In this document: one piece after another, positions 53,123 to 64,000 of the stretch | How positions within the stretch are numbered: the stretch's first letter is position 1 | How the letters are laid out: each line of letters starts with the position of its first letter | Assembly: GCF_004010195.1 (NCBI RefSeq) | Contig: NC_057755.1 | Coordinates: forward strand, 2,985,286 to 3,049,285 | From: Chiloscyllium plagiosum | Lineage: Eukaryota | DNA: 64,000 bases | Direction of reading: 5' to 3' | Translations under genes and position numbers: made by a program | Notes under the pieces: model-generated | What the model saw: the letters and a program-made list of their open reading frames with translations, nothing else | Told to the model about the DNA's origin: nothing | Databases searched by the model: none

Positions 53123-54019
53123 TTAATTCTCTTGGAATTGTGGTCATGCCCTGAGGAAACTGCGGTCCCTCAAACTGTGCCAGTCTCTACCTGCTGGCCA
53201 TGGGAACAGCAGATCTATTTGCTAGTATCACTGAAGTTATTCTGTGACAAATTGAATATTATTATTTCCCCTATATTTCCTGGACGCCATCCCTGTGTCC
53301 AGTGTCCACCATGTTCTGCTTCATGCTGCGGTGAACTGTTCTGTCCGGTTCACACTCACCTTCTGATTTAATCGATTTATTACAATCTGCTTCCTGATCA
53401 TGAAAACGAAATATTGTACCAAGAAAAATGCAGATGTCATTTTCTCAATATGGTAAACTTTCCTCTGTTTTGAAAAATCCTGTTTTAATTTTGATATGAA
53501 CCATTGCCAATGTAGCATGGTTCTGTTATCAAAAACCAAAATGCATTACTGAGCCTGGATCGGTGGGATTTAATTTGTTTGATAGGGTTTTAACTCCATT
53601 GTTTCCACTTGCTCCAATTTTGTTGATCAGTGCTCTGACAGTAAGACACATTTTCGTGACTAGTCGTCCATCAGAGACTGCAGGGTCAGAACAAAGAGAA
53701 TCCCACTGACTCAGAGATGAAGAGCAGAAGAAAGTCTGTGATTTTGCTGTTCACCATATTCAGCACCTTCATAATTCTCTGGTCAGTGCATGTTATGGAA
53801 TTCTTTTATTATAACATTCGAGAAAAACACCTGAGACGTTGCAACAATACAAAACGTATATTTGTGAAGGTTGGACTTTCACTGGCGAATTTAAGTTGCT
53901 GCACAAACAAATTTGTTTGTATGGGAACCCAATCCCAGTTCAGACAGCAAGTCCAGGAGATGATGAAGTATCCCATCACGTTAATTATCTAGTTAATGAA
54001 TGAACAAAACAGCTATTAA
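53123..54019 (+). pseudogene. GPR139-like GPCR pseudogene (gene C)
   Basis: TGCAG acceptor at 53118-53122, then VNSLGIVVMP*GNCG...YLLAMGTADL. Contains in-frame TGA stops (consistent with CGA->TGA decay) and several frameshifts. Motifs still recognisable: (F)NRFITIC, KYCTKK, EMKSRRKSVILLFTI, LSCCTNKFV, QFRQQV...KYP. Confidence 0.88.
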
Positions 54020-54861
54020 CAGTCCCAGAGACATGCCCCAGTAAGTACATGTCATGAATGGGAAAAGAAATCACTAAAGCTATTGTGAATAGCTGGAATC
54101 GAAACATTGATCCGCATGGAAGACCAATGTTCATTATTTCCCGGTTCAAAAAATATACATTCTGCTTTCTGACGCTGATAAATTCTCAAACCATAGAAGA
54201 ATACTGTCCCAATACCATTTGCTTTAATATTGCAAAACTAACCTTTGACACGAGACTTTATGAAATAGCCTCCAAACACTTAAATGCACCAGATCCACTC
54301 CATGTCCCTTCCCACTTTCTGATGTTATCTTCAAGGAATTCCTGTATGTCTGTAAAATATGATTTCACTTTCATCTGTGTGTGTGGACTTTGCCCGTTTC
54401 CACGTCTTTCTCACAATAACTTCAACATTTCCGTGATGTTTGGCGTTAACCTGTCTGCGTGTCATGTGCAATTTTTCCATGTTAGAGTGACACTGTGACC
54501 CTCTAATCTGTCAGGTTGCTCCACTCTTCAGAATCTGCAGCTTTTGGGAAGGTAACAACATCATGTGCCGATTTCAACTCTACTACACCACATTCCACAA
54601 AGCCCACATCCCAACCAACTCTCCACCAAACGCACACACACACACATCCACTTCAGCGACATGAATTTTCAATTAATCTCCTAGCTCCTGGATTAGTTTG
54701 AATGAAGTTCTCCGGACTATGGCAAACTAATGTTAATTGTCTTCAATTCTCACCTACATTAGTATCCTTCGGTTCACTGGCAATTATTTGCATCGTCTTG
54801 TGTAAAGATAGAGCTAAATAAGTCATTTAATTGCACTGCCATTTCCTTAAATCGTATGCTT

Positions 54862-55230
54862 AAAAATGTGTTGCTGGAAAAGCGCAGCATGTCAGGCAGC
54901 ATCAAAGGAGCAGGAGAATCGACGTTTCGGGCATAAGCCCTTCTTCAGGAATGAGGAGAGTGTGCCAAGCCGGCTAAGATAAAAGGTAGGGAGGAGGGAC
55001 TTGGGGGAGGGGCGTAGGGAATACGATAGGTGGAAGGAGGTTAAGGTGAGGGTGATAGGCCTGGTCTGGCGATGGAGGAGTCCAAGGACCTGCATGTCCT
55101 TGGCGGAGTGGGAGGGGGAGTTAAACTGTTCTTCAGCCACTGGGCGGTTGGGTTGGTTGGTCCGGGTGTCTCAGAGGTGTTCTCTGAAAAGTTCCGCAAG
55201 TAGGCGGCCTGTCTCCCCAATGTATAGGTC
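54862..55230 (-). mobile_element. Penelope-like 3' fragment with intact hammerhead core
   Basis: QFNSPSHSAKDMQVLGLLHRQT; the minus strand reads CTGAAGA-A-GGGC-TTAT-GCCC-GAAA-CGTC at ~54921-54948. Confidence 0.85.
54917..54953 (-). ncRNA. Minimal type-I hammerhead ribozyme motif (Penelope-associated)
   Basis: CUGAAGA core, extra A, 4-bp stem II (GGGC/GCCC), GAAA, palindromic ACGU stem III and GUC cleavage triplet; stem I is weak. Confidence 0.6.
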
Positions 55231-55499
55231 TTCACTAATCATTTTATGTTTACATGCTCTTAGAAACTCCTACGTTCTACATTTATATTCCCAGCAAGTT
55301 TAAGCATTGGAGTCACAACATGCAGGAGACAAAGTAAGCCATTCACCCCATCGAAACTCTCTGCTAACCAATGCGGTCATAGCTCAGGGAGATTATTAAT
55401 GGTGAACGATTGTGTTTATGTGTGAGATACAGATAGTGTGCTCATCATAGATACCCGACGATGCAGAAGTAGGCCATTGATGGACCGGAGGGTGAGAGG

Positions 55500-55790
55500 G
55501 GGTTGAGGAGAATGACAGCGATAGGTTGAGACATGGAGAGATAGAGACAGAGAGAAAAAGAAGCTCTGAGAGAGACAGGAAGAGAGGAGAGGGACACCAA
55601 GAGGCTGAGAAAGAGAAAGAAAGGGAGAGGTGAAGGACAGTGAGAGGCTGAGAGAGAGAGAGGGAGAGACACAGAGAAAACAAGAGGCTGTGAGAGAGAG
55701 CGAGAAATGAGAGGGTCAGTGAGAGACTGACAGAGCTAGAGATGGGAAAGGCAGTGAGAGGCTGAGAGAGCTAGAGAGGAGGAGTTGGAG
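55500..55790. repeat. GA-rich low-complexity tract
   Basis: Directly visible. Confidence 0.85.
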
Positions 55791-55799
55791 AGTTAGTCA

Positions 55800-56085
55800 C
55801 AGGGCCAATAACAACAAGGCATACTTTTCAGCCGAAAGGCTAAACTTTAAAGGGAACATGAGGAAAAAAGTTCTAATTGATATCATGGAGGGGAGCTGCA
55901 CTTTTCTGGGTGGGATGGTCGGTGACCTCACAAACTTTAAGAGTACTTGGAGGAGAACTTGTAATGTCATAATATTCAAGGCTATGGGCCAAATGCTGGA
56001 GAATGGGACTGATGCAGATTTACTGTCATTTTGGCAACACAAACATGATGGGCCGAAGGGACTCTTCTGTTCCGTAAGATTCTGC
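55800..56085 (+). mobile_element. Decayed CR1 3' end
   Basis: GATGGGCCGAAGGGACTCTTCTG tail motif. Confidence 0.6.
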
Positions 56086-56626
56086 CATTGTAGACTCCTG
56101 AAGTTAAGCTTCTGAATTAGTTCCAAGTTTGTTTTGCATTGTATCGAGAAAACATAAGTTAGTGTAAGTTTCAGTTGTTGTTGTGATCTATACTGGCTTC
56201 AGGTTCTCTCTTTTGGAGTGCTCAGACACAGCTAGAATTTCACAAATGAAATTTCTAAAACTGAATTAATCAGAACAGCAATGTGATACAGTTTGCAGTA
56301 AAACAGCTCTCAAGGAGCTCTACAACATGAGCAATTGAAAGTCTGAATAGCCTCAGCAAAATGAAGGTCATCGCTGGAAAGAGTATCAACAGATAGTTAC
56401 ATATTGGTGGGACTGATAATGAGTGCAATTACGTTGTTGCATGAAGACAGGTTGGAATTGACATTGAGACGTGACGGCATCAATTTAATCCAGTCTTTGG
56501 GGTATTCAGTTGCAGACATAAATCTCAATGAGATCACATCATTAAAATAAAGCTGTAGTCGTAATAAGTTTGTTCAGAAACAAATTAAAGGTGTCTTCAA
56601 AGTTTCCCAGTGGAGATGTCACATCA

Positions 56627-56633
56627 TATAAAA
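56627..56633 (+). promoter_or_regulatory. Candidate TATA box of gene D
   Basis: TATAAAA about 107 bp upstream of the exon-1 ATG; motif match only. Confidence 0.35.
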
Positions 56634-56733
56634 TAATGTTGTGGAAAAATGTTAACTCCAATTAAGAGAGAATTCTCCAACTCTGACAGGTTGAAAGCAG
56701 CAGGAAGGGAGAGACTGTTTCATAAACAGCAAA

Positions 56734-56800
56734 ATGCATCTTCCAAGGCAAACGGTGGAAAAACTGTACGACACTGTCCTTGCCAGTGTTGGTATTCCTG
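56734..56800 (+). CDS. GPR139-like 7TM receptor (gene D), coding exon 1: MHLPRQTVEKLYDTVLASVGIP
   Basis: ATG at 56734 in AAAATG context, 22 codons + 1 nt, then a canonical donor CCTG|GTAAG at 56801. The phase-1 G joins in frame with TT at 62565 to give ...VGIP-V-TLMLIV, completing TM1. This matches the GPR139-family TM1 junction 'G-[LVI]-P|x-N'. Not in the ORF track because it is too short. Confidence 0.8.
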
Positions 56801-59619
56801 GTAAGCCTTTTAAAACGCTATGTTATATACATATCTGCATTAAATCATACTTATTTCAACCTTAGGACTATTAATAATATTATTTTCATTTAGCAAAACA
56901 AATTCGGATGCCGGGCGACAGTGCCCTCACTTACTGAGTTTAAAGAGAACAGTTTGTCAATTATGAGGCTGCTCAATATTATGCAGCATTGTCTGTCAAT
57001 TCTGCGCAGAATGGGTTTGCAGTGATGATGAATGACTGATCACCGGCTCTGGCTTGTCCCACAAAATGTTCAGAATTATCACTTTCTGTCTCTGTGATAG
57101 TTCAAAGGCTGCGATGGGTCAGATGAGTTTTGTAACAATCCACCTCTCAATGACATCACACTTTCCCCATGTCTTGATGTTAAGATTTTTTTTTGGTGGA
57201 TCTGACTCGGGCAGCTTGCTCCAAATGGGAGCCCAGAAACAACGTGGACAAGGAGTGGATTGAGCAGGTCATTATGGAGTGGTAAGTGAAGGTCAACAGA
57301 AACGTGTTGAGCTCGGAGTTGGAAGTATGATGTATGTTGTTGAATTATTTGATTGTCACAAAGTCGTGTGAGCTGTGCCAATTGTAAAAAAAAAAGATGC
57401 ACAGTACTGTGCTGCAGATTCGAATCGGACAAATGCTCAAATCTGGAGTGTTGTGGTAGCAGCTCTCCCACAGACAACCAAACAACTTTGTCCAACAGGA
57501 GATTTCCCATCTTTACTTTGGTTGCTATCATTCTTTGATGTTCCCCAAACAATAATGGTCTATGTGAAGGTGCTCCCATGTGCATTCATTTGGGATTGTT
57601 GCTTAGTCTCGGGACATCATTTTGGATACATTATTATAATTAATATTATCATTATTATTGATATTATTATTATGGTTATTTTGTTGGCACTGACGATTCA
57701 TTCTGGGACTCGGTGAGTTGGAAACTATGTCAGGGTCATCAGTTGATTCTTAGTCCATCAGCAGCGCTTTGGGAAAAGGATATGAATCAACTGTGGCCCC
57801 AAACTTTCATGATGCTCTTTGCCTCATGGTGTGGAGCATCATTGCACAGATAGTTACACGAGATGTCTGTTCAATTTGTGATTTAGACCACAGAGACAGA
57901 TTTATATTGATATATAAATTCCAAAAGTTATAAACCCAAACTCTTTTGTGGACATTGAAGAGTGGAAGGTTTGTTGAGGGTGGGTATAAGATAGTATTAA
58001 AGCAACTTATTTATTGCCAACTAGCCCTTAGAGGTTTACTACTTTTTGTAGTAACAATAACACCCAGTTGAACTTTCACTCAGTACATTGTAAACATTAG
58101 GGCATTAACACAGTTGACTGTGGCTATATCTGGCTCAGTGTTTTTCATCAGGAGAGAAACAAGGTGGATAAACTCTTTGATGCAATAGTGTTTCATTTGT
58201 TTCAGTCCAAAATGATTTACTTGATGGAAAATGTCATTGCTGGAATGTTCGATGGAAAGATATCAAAGTAATTTCATTTGGTATCCAATAAGACTTTGTA
58301 AGATTCAGATAAGATGTGTTACTGCCGTACCTACAGAGATTAATACAAAACAGAAGCCTCAATATTCTCAGCACTAGCATTCTGAGATGGCGTCTCTTGG
58401 AGAATTTTATTTACTCTTCTATCGACGTTCAGTTCTTACTTCTCCAGATGGTCCTACTCCCTGATTGTAGGGTTCTGCCTGAATGCTAACCCAGTACTGT
58501 TCCTAATGAATGCATTTAACCCCTGATTTACTGAGCACAGGAATTGGACAGAACGAGTTGCTGATTGTATGATATCAATGTACGCATTTGACATTTCCAA
58601 ACTAACTTTATGTTGAAATTCATCAACTCAGAAAAATGAAAGATCTTAATCTGTAGGTCAAAGGCATTCTGCATTATGCAGTTATTGACTGGAATGTCTG
58701 TACTGTTGATTCAGATCTCCAGAAATCACTATGAGTGAAGGTATTCCTGATTGCGGAATTGTCAACGAATATCAGGTTGGATCCTCTGATTACTGTGGCC
58801 TCATGCTTCTGGGAGACACACCATTACAGCGTTCTACTGAGTGCGGGTGACTGCTCGAATAGAACTGCTAACCCACTATTCCTACCTGTCTACTGGTATC
58901 TGTAAAGCATTACAGTAAGTGTAGAGCACTAGCAGGAGAATACCTGTAAGTTCAATTGGAAGGTTTACTGGGAGTTCCTTTCACTGTAGAACTATCCTGC
59001 ATGTAGGCCAATCGTGTGAAAGCCAATTCCAGTGATAATGTGATTCAGTGAGCATCTTTCAATTAGAATCTGACTAAATATAGCCAAAGGGGAACAACTA
59101 ACCCAGTGTTCATGTGTTATTGGGAACATCTCTCCAAGTTAAATTATGCTAAGTGGGAATTACCAACTGGAGAGGAACAGTTTACCCCAGTGGCCTTGTG
59201 CATGGAGCAGTATTGATGTCTCAAGAATTGACCTGCTTGTGGGGAACTGAATATAAATGGAATATCTGTTCACAGTGGTAACTAAGACCATGACAGTATG
59301 GAGCATGTGGTGTTTCTTTTATATTACATTCCTTGTTTCTATTCTGTCCACTGACTGAGCTGTTAATGTAGTTTGTAAATGTACACTGGATTGCAAATGG
59401 GAAAACCTTTGAAGTTGGTTGTAAATGTTTGGTCCTCAGTTTACAAAGTGAAATGTCCTATTAGAGATAAGTAGATGTGATATATTTAATAAAGTGAGAA
59501 TGTCAGAGCAACAATATTGTTTCAATAAAATGCCCTAGAGATGTGTTATGTTTTCAAAATGGAGCCCTAAAAAGAACTGGTGTCAATAAGATTACAGCTC
59601 TGTTCGTTTTCATCCTGAC

Positions 59620-60600
59620 CACAGGTGAGCATGTTTATGGCTGCTGGAGGTCAGTTGTCTCATATCTCTGCAGCAATTTTCAGGGTCATAAACTCAGCCC
59701 CAATTCTGCAGATGCTTCATGAATGCCCTTTCATGTATCATAATTTTCAAATTAGAGATGATTTCTTATGATTGCACAATATTCAGCACCATGTATGGCT
59801 CATGAGGCAATAAAGAGATCTGTGTCCATGTACAACATCTAGCTTGGACTGGTAATTGACAAGTATCATTCGCCTCCCACAAGCAGCAGGCAATGAACAT
59901 CTCAAAAGGTGAGTATCTACCAATTTTCAACTGGCTTACTTTGCCATTACTATCACTGAATGCAAGACTATCAACAGCTTGGGTTAACCCTTGTCAAGAG
60001 AATGACCTTGTCCAAGCATGCAAGTACTGTGGCCAAAGGCATACATCAAACACTCTCATTACGGAATACTCTGCCCACCTCTGCAATCCATGTGCATCAT
60101 GTAGCTAGCATAGATCATGGGTGGATTGGAATTCTCTCCATGTATCTAGCTGAGAGCAGCTCAAATGCAACACTGAGTACAAAGACACACAAAGTTCCAC
60201 ATTGTGCAGGACAAACAGCAGCTTGATTGGACGGTGCACATCACCACAATGAGTACTCACTCCCTTCCCCAATAACATGCGAGACGAGCAAAAAAATACC
60301 TTCCACAGGATGGAAAATGATTACCGTCAAAGTCTGTCTCAGCAGCTCCTTGCAAACCCATGGCCTCAAGTCCCTGGATGCATAAGGGCAGCAGAAACAT
60401 CGAAAAGACATCACATGCAAGTTCCTTTTCAAGCCAGATATCATTCTAACTGTCAAATGCATTTCCGTTCCATCACTCTTGCTGGGAGAAAATTCTGCAA
60501 CTCTCCCCCAAAAACAGTGTGTGTTTCCCTGCACCACAGAGGAGATAGATGTTCACAAAGGCAACACCACAACAAAGAGTACATATGAAAGGATATTGGA
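59620..60600 (+). mobile_element. Old CR1-clade LINE RT/3' remnant in the intron of gene D
   Basis: Decayed QG..L.P..F..F.N.L...(A)DDC region at 59670-59790; same family as 14525-14975. Confidence 0.6.
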
Positions 60601-61451
60601 CGCTACCCTAACCACTAAATCGCCCATTCCATGTGCACATTTAAAAATAATCACCATTCCCTAATCTGCAAGAGGTTACCTCTGAATGCAGACAGTGGAT
60701 TGTGTCCATGAGAATGCCCCGTAAATCAGACAGCAGAAGAAATGTTTAAGGTGAAAGGCTGGATGCTTGGTGCTGAGGTTCTGCGAATTCTGGGCATCAG
60801 CTACCCCAGTGGATAATCCATCTCACTCTTTATTTTGTTGAGTCCAATGAATTTCCCAACTCCTGCTGGTCTCAAAGCCAGGAGACAGGTCCTTTTGCCT
60901 TATTTGTCTGTGTTGGGTACTGGTTGAGGCATTTGTGTTCCCTCCTCCAGGTGACTACATGGGGAAGAAACCTTATCTTTGAAAATCGATCAAACCTGGA
61001 GTGAGTCAGTTCAAATTTGTGACAATGGACTCAATGCAGAGATATCCAATCCCAGGGCATGGTCTAAAATGGTCATGCATTCATTTGTACTGGGAAGTTG
61101 GCTGTGCTTGGGAAACTGCATCTTCATTTATTCATTGAAGAGTTGTGGCTATCACTGGCTTAGCAGACACTTCGCACCCTTCCCTAATTGCCCCACCAGA
61201 TTGATCTGAGTCTGGAGTCATGTGTAAGGTAAGGATAGCAGATTACCATCCCGAAAGGATTTTTTTTCTGACAATGAGACTCTTAGGTCCAGACTTTTAT
61301 TGAAATGAAATTCCACCATCTGCCATGGTGAATGCCGACTCCAGCTTCCCAGAAAAATACCTAAGTCTTTGAATTAACAGTATAGTGAAAAGGCCATTAG
61401 GCCATTGTCTCCCCTAAGCTTTAGCATTGGCCTCAATCATAGCGATTTAAG

Positions 61452-61690
61452 TGTGGCACTGTAACAGAGTGATTAGCATTCCTGCCTCACAGCACCAGAG
61501 ACCCAGTTACATTTTCACTCTTAGGTGACTGTCCGTGCAGAGTTTGAACATTTTCTCTTACCTGCCATGCTGAAATAAAAACACATCCATGAGGTTAGGT
61601 AGTGTTTGTGGGATGCACTTTGAGTGATCATTCCAGACTCAATGGCCCACATGGACTGTTTCTGCTCTGTACAATACTGGTGATCTCCAT
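61452..61690 (+). mobile_element. Old full-length V-SINE (tRNA head)
   Basis: GTGGCAC...GTGATTAGCATTCCTGCCTCACAGCACCAGAGACCC head and a CR1-like tail. Confidence 0.6.
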
Positions 61691-62564
61691 AGTGATTGCT
61701 GGTTAAACCATGGGGTTTTCTAGCTCCAGTGTGTGCTCCAAATCTGGGAGGGGGATCTCTATTCACAATGTGAAAGCCGAGGAGAGAAACTTGGTGCACG
61801 AGCCTGCGCAGGACATTTTACTTAATCTCAGATAAAATGTCGGATTCTTAAACAGAAAGTTGCAATGGCTAATGCTGCATGGATTCAGGTTTTATTTGTT
61901 TGGGAGCTACTGTATACAATCATGGACAGCTGCCAAATATTCGCATTCTTATGATTGTGATGGGCATCCACTCATCGTACAGATTGTAGGGATGTTTAAA
62001 CCTGTACACGATGGAGCCATTCAATGCCCGATCATTCGTTCATCCATATTGTGCAGGGCATCCATTCTGAGACACCGTGGACTGATTCAATTCCTCTGCT
62101 ATAGTTCATACAGCATGATTATATAATTCTGGAAGCAATCTGAGCTATTGAGACACCGAAACCAAATACAGAAATGTTGTAATCAGTGTCCGTGCTAGGT
62201 CTCTCCCATTCTTTGTTTTACTAATATCAGTTATCATTGTGTGGATGTTATGGTCTTATGCGAAACTCCAGCCAGTCTGAGTAACTTATAAAGCAGCTGA
62301 ATTCATCCAACGCCGACCTTAAACCAACATTGAGTAAGTTACTGTGTTTCTTTGAGAACTCATGTTCTTTCCATCATCTTTTTTTTTAAAAAAACTGCAA
62401 GTGATTCATTTAGAGAATGTTTGTTGGTGTGGTTCAGATGCTTTCAACTTCATATGACATGGAACAAAAAATATCTTTGTGTCATTACTCACGGTCTGGG
62501 CTCAGGAAGGAATAATGTTTGATCAGTAGCATCAAGTTTCTTTTTTCCTTTCTTTTTCTTCCAG

Positions 62565-63451
62565 TTACTCTAATGCTAATTGTATTCCTGGCTCGAGGCA
62601 GGTGTGGTCTTTCAAAATGCAGCACTCACTATCTGGTGGCCATGGCAGTGTCTGATCTACTGTTCATTGTTATTCATTTCGTACTCTACAAATTTCTACG
62701 TTATTATTATGCACCGTGTTTCCTGGACATTACTCCTGTTTGTAGTGTTATCTATGTCCTGGTCTGCTTGACCATTGATTGCTCTGTCTGGTTCACTGTT
62801 GCATTTTCTTTTGATCGATTTGTTGCCATTTGTTTTCATCAGATGAAAACTAAGTATTGCACAGAGAAAACTTCGATGAGAGTTCTAACAACAATCTGTG
62901 TTTTCTTTGCTTTAAAAAACATTCCCAACTACTTTCGATTTAAACCTGGAAAGATCAGCAATAATGTTCCATGGTACTGTTATATCAGGTCCAGTTATTA
63001 TCATGATCCTCGGTGGAAAAGTTTTCAATATCTTGAACAATTTTTAACACCATTTCTCCCATTCACGTTTATTCTCTTTATTAACACTCTGACCGTCGGA
63101 CACATCTTCGAGGCTATTAAGATGCGTAAAGGACTGAGAGGTCAGAGAAAAATAGACAATGATCCCGAGGTAGAGAGCAGACAGAACTCTGTGGTTTTAC
63201 TCTTTGCCATATGTGCCAGCTTCATACTTCTCTGGTTGGTTTTTGTCTTAAGTTTTTTTAATGTTGCTTATTCCTTGAAGTCTGCTGCTGCTTCTCTCTT
63301 TCAACAAGTCGGATATATGCTACGGGACTTAAATTGCTGCACAAATGCATTCATTTACGTGGTGACACAGAGAAATTTCAGAGACCAGTTGAAGGATGCC
63401 GTGAAATATCCAGTTATGAAAATAATTCAGTTGATGGACTCGAAACGTTAA
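62565..63451 (+). CDS. GPR139-like rhodopsin-family GPCR (gene D), main coding exon; spliced product 317 aa
   Basis: Open frame (ORF track 62519-63451) preceded by a polypyrimidine tract and CCAG acceptor at 62561-62564. Motifs: YLVAMAVSDLL (TM2), C...DCSVWFTVAFSFDRFVAIC (TM3, DRF), YCTEK, PFLPF (TM5), DPEVESRQNSV, FILLW (TM6), CCTNAFIY (TM7), FRDQL (helix 8). TAA at 63449-63451. Family assignment is by recognition, not by a database search. Confidence 0.9.
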
Positions 63452-63605
63452 CTCTGTTTCTGTCGACACAATGCTAGCTGATCAGGTGTACTTTATTTCA
63501 ACACTTTTCCATTTTATTGTGCGTTCTCTCCTGCCCTTTCTGCAGGAGAGAACGCACAAAGACAAGTGGCTAATAGTAAAAGTTTTAGAAAATGAAGATG
63601 AGCTA

Positions 63606-63611
63606 AATAAA
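63606..63611 (+). terminator. Candidate polyadenylation signal of gene D
   Basis: First AATAAA seen downstream of the stop codon (about 155 nt); motif match only. Confidence 0.3.
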
Positions 63612-63649
63612 TTATAGCGATGAGACAATGTTTTTCAACAGAATTATGA

Positions 63650-63915
63650 ATTTGAAAATGAGCTGAGGAGTGCACCAAAATTCAAGGTGCATTCGACAGC
63701 AAAGAATGTTAGCTCAGAAAACAACAGGATTCTGATCAGATGGAGTTTAATTTAGATGATTGTGAGGTGCTGCACTTTGGAAAGGCAAATCAGCACAGGA
63801 CTTATACACTTAATGGTAAGGTCCTGAAAGCGTTATTAATCAAAGAGACATTGGGGTGCAATTTCATAGTTCCTTGAAAGTGGATGGACGGATAAATAGG
63901 ATAGTGAAGGCGGCC
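63650..63915 (+). mobile_element. CR1 RT fragment
   Basis: QMEFNLDDCEVLHFG...YTLNG motif. Confidence 0.75.
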
Positions 63916-64000
63916 AGGTAGAGGATACCCAGTTTGTCTGCTGTTTAAAGTAATGCTTCACTGATTGGCAATTTCATAAACCTCTCAGAGAACACTATGT

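Noticed and set aside
57100..57285. GCDGSDEFC LDL-A-like peptide with flanking splice-like sites
   Set aside because: Wrong cysteine spacing, the frame closes quickly, and there is no other support.
61452..61520. tRNA-like A/B boxes (also ~23680-23735 and ~35850-35900)
   Set aside because: SINE heads, not cloverleaf tRNA genes.

Overview
Eukaryotic, repeat-rich vertebrate DNA with six N-gaps. It is almost certainly from a cartilaginous fish (shark or ray), judging from the HE1/V-SINE, CR1, Rex1 and Penelope-like repeat families. There are no prokaryotic features, CRISPR arrays, rRNA or tRNA genes. The host content is a tandem cluster of paralogous rhodopsin-class 7TM receptors of the GPR139/GPR142-like (peptide-GPCR) type. 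One gene is complete, with two coding exons (56734-56800 + 62565-63451, 317 aa). A second has an intact main exon on the minus strand (38156-39054; first exon not found). There are also two pseudogenes (13344-14455, 53123-54019) and an orphan TM7/C-tail fragment (15663-15760). The cluster shows birth-and-death turnover, hypervariable extracellular loops and a very short N-terminus, which makes it a candidate lineage-expanded chemosensory or metabolite receptor family (inference only). The rest is nested retroelements: CR1, Rex1, Tx1-like, Gmr1-type Gypsy, a possible ERV remnant, V-SINEs, and Penelope-like elements carrying minimal hammerhead-ribozyme motifs. There are also several local duplications, two of them probably assembly artefacts across gaps.
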